The position numbers and the translations under genes were made by a program. From Microbacterium sp. (GTDB lineage: Bacteria > Actinomycetota > Actinomycetes > Actinomycetales > Microbacteriaceae), in assembly GCF_026393345.1 (NCBI RefSeq), contig NZ_JAPLAI010000036.1, positions 218 through 64,217 on the forward strand: a stretch of DNA of 64,000 bases. Direction: 5' to 3'. Shown one piece after another: positions 49,901 to 58,969 of the stretch. Numbering within the stretch: the first letter of the stretch is position 1; every line of letters begins with the position of its first letter. The notes under the pieces were generated by a model. The model was not told the DNA's origin, did no database searches, and saw only the letters and a list, made by a program, of their open reading frames with translations.

Positions 49901-50637
49901 TCGGCGACTTCGTCGACGGCGCGCAGACCGTCATCGACACCTACCTGACCGCGGCCGACCAGAAGTGGGGCCAGCAGTCGAGCGTCGTGCTGCTCCTCCC
50001 CCACGGCTACGAGGGCGCCGGCCCCGACCACTCCTCGGCACGCATCGAGCGCTTCCTGCAGATGTGCGCGCAGGACAACATGATCGTCGCCCGCCCGTCG
50101 ACGCCCGCGTCGCACTTCCACCTGCTGCGCCGACAGGCGTATGCCCGGCCGCGCAAGCCTCTCGTGGTGTTCACCCCGAAGGCGATGCTGCGTCTGCGCG
50201 ACGCGACGAGCCCGGTGGAGGACTTCACTCAGGGCACGTTCGAGCCGGTGATCGACGATTCGCGTGAGCTCGATCGCACCGCCGTGACCCGTGTCCTGCT
50301 GCACTCCGGCAAGATCCACTGGGACCTCGCGGCGGAGCTGGCGAAGAACCCGAACGAGAAGATCGCGCTGGTGCGCCTGGAGCAGTACTACCCGGCCCCG
50401 ATCGACGAGCTCAACGCCGTCATCGACAGCTACCCGAACGCCGAGCTCGTCTGGGTGCAGGAGGAGCCGGAGAACCAGGGCGCCTGGCCGTTCATCGCCC
50501 TCGAGGTCGTGAAGTACCTGCACGGCCGGACGATCCGGGTCGTCTCCCGCGCCGCATCCGCGTCGCCGGCCGCCGGCTCCGCGAAGACGCACGCCATCGA
50601 GCACGCCGCGCTGATGCAGAAGGCCCTCGAGCTCTGA
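46945..50637 (+). CDS. kgd: Multifunctional 2-oxoglutarate decarboxylase/dehydrogenase (Kgd/OdhA)
   Basis: FGANEWLVEE, TYDHRVIQGA, GMAHRGRLN, HGDAAF, WEAQFGDF. Confidence 0.96.
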   Translation: MSSQVTGVGVSSEGEFGANEWLVEELYEQYQVDKNSVDKSWWPILESYKPADTTDAKTLATASAAPAPSATEPRPTTAAIPVVGAAPVARTTAKPAAPQPIPAQAPSPQPSDPKAAVEEDTVTTLRGMTKTLAANMDESLTVPTATSVRTVPAKLMIDNRIVINNHMSRTRGGKVSFTHVIGWALIQALKEFPSQNVFYAEVDGKPSVVAPAHINLGIAIDLPKPDGTRALMVPSIKRAETLTFTEFLASYEDLVKRARANKLTAADFQGTTISLTNPGGIGTVHSVPRLMKGQGCIVGAGALEYPAEFQGASGNTLSELGIGKTITLTSTYDHRVIQGAGSGEFLKKVHELLIGQRDFYDHIFAALRIPYAPIRWSSDIHVDLAERIDKAARVQEIINSYRVRGHLMADIDPLEYVQRTHPDLEIENHGLTFWDLDREFVTGGFGGKRVMKLRDVLGVLRDSYCRTTGVEYMHIQDPVQRKWFQDNLEVHYQKPGHDEQLRILSKLNEAEAFETFLQTKYVGQKRFSLEGGESLIPLLDEMLQGAASAGLDGAAIGMAHRGRLNVLTNIAGKTYGQVFREFEGTTLPGNKHGSGDVKYHLGTEGTFVSDAGTELPVLLAANPSHLETVDGVLEGIVRAKQDRKPIGTFSWLPILVHGDAAFAGQGVVVETLQMSQLRGYRTGGTIHVVVNNQHGFTTLPVDGRTSVYATDVAKTIQAPVLHVNGDDPEAVVRAAELAFRYRQEFHRDIVIDLVCYRRRGHNEGDDPSMTQPLMTNLVEAKRSVRRLYTEALVGRGDITEEEYEQAKRDFQDRLEVAFAQTHAAETGTTDIVSETAEVEPAVGAPETTGVSTEVVHLIGDAFVNKPEGFTVHTKLQQLLDKRHAMSRNGGIDWAFGELLAFGSLVLEGTPVRLAGQDARRGTFVQRHAVFHDRSNGQEWLPLVNLAQNQGRFFVYDSLLSEYAAMAFEYGYSVERPDALVLWEAQFGDFVDGAQTVIDTYLTAADQKWGQQSSVVLLLPHGYEGAGPDHSSARIERFLQMCAQDNMIVARPSTPASHFHLLRRQAYARPRKPLVVFTPKAMLRLRDATSPVEDFTQGTFEPVIDDSRELDRTAVTRVLLHSGKIHWDLAAELAKNPNEKIALVRLEQYYPAPIDELNAVIDSYPNAELVWVQEEPENQGAWPFIALEVVKYLHGRTIRVVSRAASASPAAGSAKTHAIEHAALMQKALEL

Positions 50638-50662
50638 TCGCGAACTCGCCTGCCCGAACCAC

Positions 50663-50731
50663 CGAGACCATATCCATGCCGTGAGGCGACATCGGATCGG
50701 ATGTCGTCTCGACGAATGGATGCGGTCTCGC
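50663..50731. repeat. CGAGAC...GTCTCG REP-like element
   Basis: CGAGACCATATCC plus inverted GGATGTCGTCTCG and GGATGCGGTCTCG; shares a 17-mer with 9061. Confidence 0.75.
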
Positions 50732-50753
50732 GGGCGGGAGGGCGCGCGAGGCG

Positions 50754-50999
50754 TCAGTGGTGAGTGGCCTGCGCGGCGCGCAACCGGCTGAGAACCTGGT
50801 CGCGCAGCTGCTCCGGCGCGGTCTCCCGGCACGCGCGCGCCACGACCTCGGTGAGGGTGCGGGCCACGAGGGCCTCGTTCCGGCACGCCTCGCACGTGGC
50901 GAGGTGCTCGGTGATATCGGAGTGCTGGGTGTGGCACACCTCGTTGCGCAGGTACTCCTCAAGGTCGCGACGGGCCTCGTCGCAGCCGCAATCAGTCAT
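50754..50999 (-). CDS. rsrA: Zinc-binding anti-sigma factor (RsrA/RshA)
   Basis: HLATCEAC (HxxxCxxC), N-terminal Cys; ATGA-coupled to ECF sigma. Confidence 0.9.
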   Translation of the reverse strand: MTDCGCDEARRDLEEYLRNEVCHTQHSDITEHLATCEACRNEALVARTLTEVVARACRETAPEQLRDQVLSRLRAAQATHH

Positions 51000-51634
51000 T
51001 TCGTGCTCCTGGATGCCGGCGGGGTGATGCCCCGCTCCTGGGCGTAATCGGCAAGCAGTTCACGCAGCATCCGTCTGCCACGGTGCAGACGGCTCATGAC
51101 CGTGCCGATGGGGGTTTTCATGATGTCCGCGATCTCTTGATACGCGAAGCCTTCGACGTCCGCGAGATACACCGCAAGACGGAAATCCTCGGGGATCGAC
51201 TGCAGTGCGTCCTTCACCACGGAGGACGGCATGTGGTCGATGGCCTCCGCCTCCGCGGAGCGCGAGCTGGTGGCGGTGGTGGATTCCGCCCCGCCCAGCT
51301 GCCAGTCCTCCAGGTCGTCGATCGCGCTCTGGTAGGGCTCACGCTGCTTCTTGCGGTAGGTGTTGATGTACGAGTTCGTGAGGATGCGGTACAGCCACGC
51401 CTTGAGGTTCGTCCCCTGCGTGAAGCTCGCCCACGAGGCGAAGGCCTTCACGAACGTCTCCTGCACCAGATCCGCGGCGTCGGCGGGGTTACGCGTCATC
51501 CGCATGGCAGCCGCGTAGAGCTGATCCATGAACGGGAGCGCCTGCTCCTCGAACTGCGTGCGCACATCGGCCTGGTCGTCCATCACGCGCAAGTCTACGG
51601 GGGGTGCGTCGGGTCGCTGCATGGTCGCGAGCAT
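50996..51634 (-). CDS. sigR: ECF sigma factor SigR/SigH type (short start 51583/51586, long start ~51634)
   Basis: [40 protein letters not shown]. Confidence 0.92.
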   Translation of the reverse strand: MLATMQRPDAPPVDLRVMDDQADVRTQFEEQALPFMDQLYAAAMRMTRNPADAADLVQETFVKAFASWASFTQGTNLKAWLYRILTNSYINTYRKKQREPYQSAIDDLEDWQLGGAESTTATSSRSAEAEAIDHMPSSVVKDALQSIPEDFRLAVYLADVEGFAYQEIADIMKTPIGTVMSRLHRGRRMLRELLADYAQERGITPPASRSTK

Positions 51635-51682
51635 CCGCATCCTCCCTCCGGAGGCGCCGGCGTGCGCCCCTCGGTAGTCTGG

Positions 51683-51708
51683 AACCGATGAGCATCCCGC
51701 GGTATTCC
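51683..51708 (-). promoter_or_regulatory. SigR/SigH-dependent promoter for sigR
   Basis: GGAAT-N18-GTT on the minus strand, overlapping the aroA start. Confidence 0.75.
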
Positions 51709-52986
51709 CCCCGTCCCTGGTCGGCGCCCACCGTCCCCGGTCCCGTGACCGCGACCGTGGCCGTCCCCGGCTCGAAATCGCTGACGATCGCGGACGGTCC
51801 GGCCACCGTCCGCGCGCCGCTGCACTCCGACGATTCCGCGCGCATGATCCACGCGCTCCGGGCGCTGGGCGTCGGCATCGAGCCGGTCCCGGGCGAGGGC
51901 CGGTTCGGCGACGATCTGCGGGTGACGCCTCCCGCCCACCTCGCCGGGGGTGGCACGGTGGACTGCGGCCAGGCGGGCACCGTGATGCGGTTCGTGACAC
52001 CGCTCACGGGTCTCGCGGCAGGCGACGTCGCCGTCACCGCCGATGCCAGCGCGCTGCACCGCCCCATGGGCGAGATGATCCGGGCCCTCCGGCAGGTCGG
52101 TGTCGACATCGACGACGGCGGCAGCTGGGCGCTGCCCTTCACGGTGCGCGGACGCGGCCGCGTCGTCGGCGGCGAGGTGGAGATCGACGCGAGCGCGTCG
52201 AGCCAGTTCGTCTCGGGGCTGCTGCTGGCCGCCGCACGGTACGACGTCGGGCTGCGGCTGCGTCATCGCGGACCGCGGCTTCCCAGCATCCCGCACATCG
52301 ACATGACCGTCGACGCGCTCGCGCACCGCGGTGTCCATGTGGAGCGTCCGGCGCCCGGCGAATGGATCGTGCCGCCGATGGTGCCGCATTCCAAGGACGT
52401 GACGATCGAGCCCGATCTGTCCAACGCGGCGCCGTTTCTCGCCGCCGCGCTCCTCACCGGCGGCTCCGTCACGGTGGGGGGCTGGCCCGCCCACTCCACC
52501 CAGCCCGGAGCCCAGTTGCCGGAGCTCCTCGCGGCGTTCGGCGCGCACAGCGTCCGTCGCCACGGCGCGCTGACGGTCACCGGCGGCGACCGTCTCACCC
52601 CCGTCGAGCTGGATCTGTCGGCCGTGGGGGAACTCACCCCGACCCTCGTCGGCATCGCGCTGTTCGCCGACGGCCCCTCCACCTTCACCGGCATCGGCCA
52701 CATCCGGGGCCACGAGACCGATCGAATCGCCGCGCTCGTCGACGACATCCGCGCTGTCGGCGGCGAGGCGGAAGAGCTGCCCGACGGCATCCGGGTCATC
52801 CCGCGCCCGCTCGCCGGCGGCGTCTGGCGCGCCCACCACGACCACCGGCTCGCCACCACCGGCGCCCTCGTGGGACTCCGGGTCCCCGGGGTCGAGGTCG
52901 ACGACATCGGCACCACCGCCAAGACCATGCCGGAGTTCCCGGAGCTCTGGGCCCGGATGCTGGGTCGGCAGAACGACGCCGTATGA
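51688..52986 (+). CDS. aroA: EPSP synthase with an apparent ~8-codon in-frame deletion near 51786
   Basis: [40 protein letters not shown]; the usual NR...AA after SKSLT is missing. Confidence 0.92.
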   Translation: MSIPRYSPRPWSAPTVPGPVTATVAVPGSKSLTIADGPATVRAPLHSDDSARMIHALRALGVGIEPVPGEGRFGDDLRVTPPAHLAGGGTVDCGQAGTVMRFVTPLTGLAAGDVAVTADASALHRPMGEMIRALRQVGVDIDDGGSWALPFTVRGRGRVVGGEVEIDASASSQFVSGLLLAAARYDVGLRLRHRGPRLPSIPHIDMTVDALAHRGVHVERPAPGEWIVPPMVPHSKDVTIEPDLSNAAPFLAAALLTGGSVTVGGWPAHSTQPGAQLPELLAAFGAHSVRRHGALTVTGGDRLTPVELDLSAVGELTPTLVGIALFADGPSTFTGIGHIRGHETDRIAALVDDIRAVGGEAEELPDGIRVIPRPLAGGVWRAHHDHRLATTGALVGLRVPGVEVDDIGTTAKTMPEFPELWARMLGRQNDAV

Positions 52987-54044
52987 GCTGGCTGGAGCCC
53001 GACGACGAGGACGAGGAACCCGACTACGAGGTCCGCGTCCGCCCGAACCCGAAGGCCAACCGGCCGCGCACCAAGCGCAGGCCCGCGCATGCGGACGCTC
53101 AAATCGCCCGGGTCACGGGCGTCGACCGGGGTCGGTACGCCGTGCTCTTGGACGAGGACGGCCCCACCGAACGCGAGGTGACCGCCACCCGGGCCCGGGA
53201 GCTGCGAAAGCAGCCCATCGTCACGGGCGACCGGGTGCGGGTCGTGGGCGACACCAGCGGGGACCAGGGCACGCTCGCCCGCATGATCGGAATCGAGCCC
53301 CGCACGACGCTGCTGCGCCGCAGCGCCGACGACTCGGACGACGTCGAACGGATCGTCGTCGCCAACGCCGATCAGATGCTGGTGGTCGTCGCGGCGGCCG
53401 ACCCGGAACCGCGGGCCCGTCTCGTCGACCGCTACCTCATCGCCGCCCTGGATGCCGGGATCCGTCCCATGCTCGTCGTGACCAAGACGGATCTCGCCGA
53501 TCCGTCCGAGTTCCTCACGCACTTCGACGGGATCGACCTGCAGGTGTTCACCAGCCGCCGCGGCGAGATGCCGGTCGAACGCATCGGAGCCGAGCTCGTG
53601 GGACGCTCGACCGTGTTCGTCGGGCACTCCGGGGTCGGCAAGTCGACCCTGGTGAATGCCCTGGTGCCGTCCGCCGGCCGCGCCACCGGTCACGTCAACG
53701 AGGTCACCGGCCGGGGGCGCCACACCTCGTCGTCGACCGTGTCACTGCGCTATCGGAGCGATGCCGGCACCGGCTGGGTCATCGACACCCCGGGCGTAAG
53801 GTCCTTCGGGCTCGGACACGTGGACCCCGCCAACATCCTGCGCGCGTTCACCGACCTGGCGCTCGTCGCCGAGGACTGCCCCCGCGGCTGCACGCATCTG
53901 CCGGATGCCCCCGACTGCGCCATCATGGAGGCGGTCGCGGCGGGACGGCTCGGCCCCACCGGTCCCGGTCGGCTGGACTCGCTGCAGCGCCTGCTGTCGA
54001 CGTTCGCGTCCCGCGACGTGGGGTACGGCCGGCCCACGCAATAG
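52983..54044 (+). CDS. rsgA: Ribosome small subunit-dependent GTPase A
   Basis: TKTD, GHSGVGKST, GRHT, DTPG, C-x3-C-x-H...C zinc site. Confidence 0.95.
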   Translation: MSWLEPDDEDEEPDYEVRVRPNPKANRPRTKRRPAHADAQIARVTGVDRGRYAVLLDEDGPTEREVTATRARELRKQPIVTGDRVRVVGDTSGDQGTLARMIGIEPRTTLLRRSADDSDDVERIVVANADQMLVVVAAADPEPRARLVDRYLIAALDAGIRPMLVVTKTDLADPSEFLTHFDGIDLQVFTSRRGEMPVERIGAELVGRSTVFVGHSGVGKSTLVNALVPSAGRATGHVNEVTGRGRHTSSSTVSLRYRSDAGTGWVIDTPGVRSFGLGHVDPANILRAFTDLALVAEDCPRGCTHLPDAPDCAIMEAVAAGRLGPTGPGRLDSLQRLLSTFASRDVGYGRPTQ

Positions 54045-54053
54045 GCTGGGGAC

Positions 54054-54521
54054 ATGACACTGCAGCCCGGAGATCTGGCCCCCGACTTCACCCTCCTGGA
54101 CCAGGACGAGCACCCGGTGTCGCTGCACGATCTGCGCGGATCCCGCGTCATCGTGTACTTCTACCCCGCGGCGATGACCCCCGGCTGCACCACGCAGGCG
54201 TGCGACTTCCGGGACAGCCTGTCATCGCTGACGGCTGCAGGTTTCACGGTGCTCGGCATCTCCCGTGATACTCCAGCGAAGCTGCGCGAGTTCCGCGAGC
54301 GCGACGGTCTCACCTTCCCGCTCCTCTCCGACCCGGAGCACGCGGTGCACGACGCCTACGGTGCGTGTGGCGAGAAGATGAACTACGGCAAGACCGTCGA
54401 GGGCGTGCTGCGCTCGACGTACGTGATCGACGCCGAAGGACGCATCGAGGTCGCCCAGCGGAATGTGAAGGCCACCGGCCACGTGGCGCGGCTCCGCAAG
54501 CTTCTGGGCGTCGACGCCTAG
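54054..54521 (+). CDS. bcp: Thioredoxin-dependent thiol peroxidase (BCP)
   Basis: YFYPAAMTPGCTTQACDFRD. Confidence 0.95.
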   Translation: MTLQPGDLAPDFTLLDQDEHPVSLHDLRGSRVIVYFYPAAMTPGCTTQACDFRDSLSSLTAAGFTVLGISRDTPAKLREFRERDGLTFPLLSDPEHAVHDAYGACGEKMNYGKTVEGVLRSTYVIDAEGRIEVAQRNVKATGHVARLRKLLGVDA

Positions 54522-54569
54522 GCCCGGTCCTGCACGCCCCGCCAGCGGGCCCTCAGCGCGTCTCCGGCC

Positions 54570-54977
54570 CTACGAGACCGGCGCGTCCCCTTCAGCGGTG
54601 CGGTTGCGCCGCCCGGCGTGCGCGACGGCGACGAGCAGCAGGACGAAGACCACGACCGCGGGCAGTGCCAGCAGGAGTGCCACCAGCGGATGCGCATAGG
54701 CACCGGTGGCGGCGCCACCCGCGACCGCGAGAATGAGCAGCTGCGTGACGATACCGCCCGAGCGTCCCCATGACCGCGCGCGAAGGGTCGCGACGCCGAA
54801 GGCGATCACCGCCGCGGCGCCCAGCAGGGTGAGCACGAGCAGCGCGATCGCGCTGGTGACGGAATCGGTGTTGCCGCCCGCCAGTTCGACCGCCTGCCAC
54901 ACCGCGAGCGCGAGGACACCGACTCCCTCGAGGGTCACGAGGACCCCCGCCAGCCATTCCGCCAGGGTCGTTTTCAT
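54570..54977 (-). CDS. 4-TM conserved membrane protein
   Basis: Hydrophobic helices and SWGRSGGIVTQLL; divergent from whiB1. Confidence 0.75.
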   Translation of the reverse strand: MKTTLAEWLAGVLVTLEGVGVLALAVWQAVELAGGNTDSVTSAIALLVLTLLGAAAVIAFGVATLRARSWGRSGGIVTQLLILAVAGGAATGAYAHPLVALLLALPAVVVFVLLLVAVAHAGRRNRTAEGDAPVS

Positions 54978-55065
54978 GCGCGTGGATGCTCCATTCGGAT
55001 GCGGCGAACCGCCGCTCAGAGCCGTCTCCGGGGCGAGTGAACTCCGGGGAAACGGAAACTGAACC

Positions 55066-55122
55066 TTGTCAAGGTGGGGTCGCTGTGGGACGATGGAGTA
55101 CGTCGTGTGCTCCCACAGCGAC
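55066..55122 (+). promoter_or_regulatory. whiB1 promoter with flanking 12-bp inverted repeat
   Basis: TTGTCA-N17-GACGAT; GTCGCTGTGGGA (55079) and TCCCACAGCGAC (55111). Confidence 0.55.
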
Positions 55123-55224
55123 GTGGGGCGGGCTTGAAGTCCGCACACCGAAACAGAGTAACGGACATGTCTTCGTGCTCTGAAGAGAACCCACCCGAAG
55201 TTTCGTACCCTGAGGAGCACAACC

Positions 55225-55473
55225 ATGGATTGGCGCGACAAAGCGGCCTGCTTGACGGTAGACCCCGAACTGTTCTTCCCGGTGGGGAACACGGGTCCTG
55301 CGGTCGACCAGATCGAAAAGGCCAAGGCCGTGTGCGCCCGGTGCACCGTCACCGAGATCTGCCTGCAGTACGCCCTGGAGTCCGGTCAGGACTCGGGCGT
55401 GTGGGGCGGACTGTCCGAGGATGAGCGTCGCGCGCTGAAGCGCCGCGCCGCGCGCGCCCGCCGCGCCTCCTGA
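55225..55473 (+). CDS. whiB1: WhiB1/WblE Fe-S transcription factor
   Basis: MDWRDKAAC...DPELFFP...CARC...GVWGG; next to pdtaS. Confidence 0.95.
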   Translation: MDWRDKAACLTVDPELFFPVGNTGPAVDQIEKAKAVCARCTVTEICLQYALESGQDSGVWGGLSEDERRALKRRAARARRAS

Positions 55474-55491
55474 CGCGCCCTCACCCCACGG

Positions 55492-56985
55492 TCAGCCGGC
55501 GTCGCGCTCGATGTACCGCAACGGGATATCGATCGTGACCTCGGTGCCGCTACCCATGACGGTGTGCCAGTCGATGGTGCCGCCGAGCTCGCCCTGGATG
55601 AGGGTGCGCACGATCTGCGTCCCGAGACCGCGCCCGACCTGACCCTCCGGCAACCCGATGCCGGTGTCGCGCACGCGCACCTCGAGGCTCTCCTCCGTGC
55701 GCTCGGCGCTGATCTCCACCTCACCCTCCTGCCCGGCCAAGCCGTGCTCGACGGCGTTGGTCACGAGTTCGGTCAGGGCGAGGGCGAGCGGGGTGGCGTA
55801 TTCGCTGGGCAGGGTGCCGAACGTCCCGGTCTTGCGCGTCTTCGCGCGGGTGTTCGGGGCGGCGGCCACCTCGGCGGCGAGCTTCAGCACGCGGGAGAAG
55901 ACCTCGTCGAAATCCACGTTCTGGGTGAGACCCTCGGAGAGCGTGTCGTGGACCACCGCGATCGCCGCGACGCGCCGGGTGGCGTGTGTCAGCGCGTCCC
56001 GCGCCTCGTCGGAGTGGGTACGGCGGGCCTGGATGCGCAGCAGCGACGCCACCGTCTGCAGGTTGTTCTTCACCCGGTGATGGATCTCGCGGATGGTCGC
56101 ATCCTTGGTGATGAGCTCCTGGTCGCGGTGGCGGAGTTCCGTCACATCACGGCACAGCACGATCGCGCCGATCCGGGTGCCGTGGTCGCGAAGCGGGATC
56201 GCGCGCAGCGACACCGTGACCCCGCGAGCCTCCACATCCGTCCGCCACGGTGCCCGCCCGCTCGCCACCACCGGCAGGGACTCGTCGAACTGACGCTTCT
56301 CCGGCAGGATCTGGGTGATCACCTCGACCAGCGGCTCCCCCTCGAGTTCGTCGTCGAACCCCATGCGGTTGAAGGCCGACAGCGCATTGGGGCTGGCGAA
56401 CGTGGTGATCCCGTCCACATCCAGCCGGATGAGGCCGTCGGAGGCGCGCGGCGCCCCGCGGCGGGGGGCAGTCGGCGCGGACAGATCCGGGAATTCCCCG
56501 GAGGCGACCATGCCGAACATGTCGTCGGCGCAGTCGTTGAAGGTGATCTGCTGGCGAGACGGCGTGCGTGCCTCACCGAGATTGGTGTGCCGGGTGAGGA
56601 CGCCGAGCACCCGCGCGGGGGTGTCACCGCGGGCGGGTTCGCGCACGATCGGCACCGCGCGCACCCGGGTCGGGGTCTCCTCGAACCAGTCCGGCGACGC
56701 GGAGTCGACGATCCGGCCGCTGTGGAAGGCCTCCCGCACCTGAGCGCGCCACTGCGGCCGTACCCGATCGCTGACGATGTCGCGGTAGAAGAGAGTGGCC
56801 GCGCCGCCCGGGCGGGTGTGCGCCACGGCGATGAACGAGTCGTCGGGGGTCGGCACCCAGATCACGATGTCGGCGAACGCGAGGTCCGCCAGCAGCTGAC
56901 CGTCAGCGGCCAGCCGGTGGAGCCACTCCACATCCGCGGGATCGGAGAATCCCTGGGCGTACACGAGGTCCGAGAGCGTCGACAC
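55492..56985 (-). CDS. pdtaS: Cytoplasmic sensor histidine kinase PdtaS-like
   Basis: LLADLAFAD, GAPRASDG, EIHHRVKNNLQ, ELVTNAVEHG. Confidence 0.9.
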   Translation of the reverse strand: MSTLSDLVYAQGFSDPADVEWLHRLAADGQLLADLAFADIVIWVPTPDDSFIAVAHTRPGGAATLFYRDIVSDRVRPQWRAQVREAFHSGRIVDSASPDWFEETPTRVRAVPIVREPARGDTPARVLGVLTRHTNLGEARTPSRQQITFNDCADDMFGMVASGEFPDLSAPTAPRRGAPRASDGLIRLDVDGITTFASPNALSAFNRMGFDDELEGEPLVEVITQILPEKRQFDESLPVVASGRAPWRTDVEARGVTVSLRAIPLRDHGTRIGAIVLCRDVTELRHRDQELITKDATIREIHHRVKNNLQTVASLLRIQARRTHSDEARDALTHATRRVAAIAVVHDTLSEGLTQNVDFDEVFSRVLKLAAEVAAAPNTRAKTRKTGTFGTLPSEYATPLALALTELVTNAVEHGLAGQEGEVEISAERTEESLEVRVRDTGIGLPEGQVGRGLGTQIVRTLIQGELGGTIDWHTVMGSGTEVTIDIPLRYIERDAG

Positions 56986-57045
56986 GGACCCAGCCTAAGG
57001 GACGGTCCGCGCCGGCCCGCCGAGGGTCGCGCGGGCGGGGGCGCG

Positions 57046-58257
57046 CTACCGGGCGCCCACCGCGACCGGGCGTCGACGTGCCGGTACCCCGGCCGGCGCC
57101 GGGGGCAGGATCCCCTCCGTGGCGAGGCGGCGCACCGCCGCGACGAGCGGTGAGCGAGGTGCGGCCTCGGCGACCGGTCGCGCAGCGAGTCGACCGGCAT
57201 CCGCGCCCCGCGCGTCCTCCGGCACGAACCACACCTCGGTGACGCCCGCGTACCGCTCCAGGGCGCGGCGGATCTGGCCGCGCGGGTCGACCCCCACCGC
57301 GCCCGAGCGGAGGCGGTTCACCACCACGGTGATCTCCGCCGCACCGATGACGGCGCGAAGCTCCGCCTGTGCCCGGATGAAGCGGGCGACACCGACCGGG
57401 TCCGCGGTGAGGACGGCCACGACACGATCCGCCGCTCCCAGTGCGGCGAGCGTGGCGGCGTTCCGGCGGGGTCCGTCGACGAGGTCGGACACGATCTCCT
57501 CATCCCGCTCCAGCGACGCCGCGACATCGACGACCGTCACCGGCGCCCACGCCTGGCAGGCGGCGAGCGCCCCGGTGACCCGTCGCGCCGAAAGCTCCGG
57601 CCACCGACCGGGACGGTTGATCCCGACGAGGACGTCGACGTCGCGACCGGGCATGCCGAGCGGCACGCTGATGCGAGCGAGCTCCGCGGTGTCGAGGCCA
57701 CCGAGCTCCAGCTGACGGCACGCCGCCGGCAGGCCCGGCCCCTCATCGGGGAGACCGAGAGATAAGGCGATGGCGGGGGCGTGGGCGTCCGCGTCGACGA
57801 GCGCGGTGTGCCCGTGTGATCGGGCGAGTTCGACGGCGAGTTCCACGGCCAGGGTGGTGCGTCCCGGTGCCCCGTGCGAGCCCCAGACCGCGATCGTCGC
57901 CGGTCGACGCTGGTCCCCCGTCGAGGGATGCGGCTGCCATCGGAGGATGCGGTCGGCGAGGCGACGCGCCGACGACGATGGGGGCAGCGGCTCGCCGAGG
58001 CCGAGCGAGGCCGCCAGGCGCCGGGCTCCCGCATCCGCCCCCACCGGGACGAGGCGGGTGCCGGCCTGATCGGCCGCCGCGACGACGGCAGGAGCCAGCA
58101 GACGACGTGTCGCCCGGACGACGAGCAGGTCGGTGCCGCCGAGCGGCGGGAGCGGTTCCTGCTCGGGGGCGGTGCGCACCGCGACCCCCCGCACCGCCAG
58201 CTCGGCCGCCACCGCCGACGCCTGCGGCTCCGGCAGCACGATCAGCACCGTCGTCAC
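57046..58257 (-). CDS. CpaE/TadZ/MinD-like P-loop protein with degenerate receiver N-terminus
   Basis: VWGSHGAPGRTT deviant Walker A, LVDAD, VVDVAA, VVVNR. Confidence 0.8.
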   Translation of the reverse strand: MTTVLIVLPEPQASAVAAELAVRGVAVRTAPEQEPLPPLGGTDLLVVRATRRLLAPAVVAAADQAGTRLVPVGADAGARRLAASLGLGEPLPPSSSARRLADRILRWQPHPSTGDQRRPATIAVWGSHGAPGRTTLAVELAVELARSHGHTALVDADAHAPAIALSLGLPDEGPGLPAACRQLELGGLDTAELARISVPLGMPGRDVDVLVGINRPGRWPELSARRVTGALAACQAWAPVTVVDVAASLERDEEIVSDLVDGPRRNAATLAALGAADRVVAVLTADPVGVARFIRAQAELRAVIGAAEITVVVNRLRSGAVGVDPRGQIRRALERYAGVTEVWFVPEDARGADAGRLAARPVAEAAPRSPLVAAVRRLATEGILPPAPAGVPARRRPVAVGAR

Positions 58258-58868
58258 GGTGTCCCACCCGTCGCGGGGACGACCGACAGCAGCGCATCGC
58301 CGGAGAGTGCGGCGAGGAGGTCGGCCACATCCGCCCGGGGAACGATGAGTTCGAGCGCCGTCCCCGTTCCGGAGACGAGGGCGTCGTCCTCGACGAGACG
58401 AGCGACCGTCGCGTCGGCGACGAGGATGCGGGGGCTCTCGAACTCACCCTCCGCCACCCGCGGGGCGACCCACACCTCCACCCGGCTCCCCGGGGCGACC
58501 GATGCGGGGACCGCCGTGCCCGAGGGGACGACGACCGTCGTCGTCTGCGCGGCATGGGCATCGGTGGGGACGAGCTCGCCCGCGGGGACCGTTCGCACCG
58601 CGACGGCACCCTCCGCGAGGCTGCCCGGGGCGGCGTATCGCAGCGCGAGGTCGCCCAGGGCGACCTCGGTGACCCGCACGTCGCCGGACGCCACGGTCTC
58701 CCCCGCCACGAGCGTTCGGGCGGCGACGAGGACGGGCGCGGTCTGGCGAGCGGTCGCGACCACGAACCATACCCCGGCGATCGAGGCGACGACGATGAGG
58801 ATGCCCACGAGGAAACGGGGGTCGATCCACACCGAACGGGCGCGGGGCCGGGGCGGGACGGTGGTCAT
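58254..58868 (-). CDS. SAF-domain (CpaB/RcpC-like) membrane-anchored protein
   Basis: DPRFLVGILIV TM, VLVAARTLVAGE...AVRTVPAGELVP SAF, PGSRVEVW. Confidence 0.8.
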   Translation of the reverse strand: MTTVPPRPRARSVWIDPRFLVGILIVVASIAGVWFVVATARQTAPVLVAARTLVAGETVASGDVRVTEVALGDLALRYAAPGSLAEGAVAVRTVPAGELVPTDAHAAQTTTVVVPSGTAVPASVAPGSRVEVWVAPRVAEGEFESPRILVADATVARLVEDDALVSGTGTALELIVPRADVADLLAALSGDALLSVVPATGGTP

Positions 58869-58907
58869 GCGGACCATGGTCGCCGAGCTCGCCGCCGCGC
58901 GTCGGAT

Positions 58908-58918
58908 GTTATCCACAA
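58908..58918. promoter_or_regulatory. DnaA-box-like site GTTATCCACAA
   Basis: Perfect TTATCCACA at 58909-58917. Confidence 0.65.
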
Positions 58919-58969
58919 CGTCCGTCGGGGTGGGCCGGAGCGGGGGCCCCGGCGGTCGATAATTGGATC

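Noticed and set aside
52983-53045. Possible small deletion at the rsgA N-terminus
   Set aside because: Acidic low-complexity segment that varies naturally; frame intact
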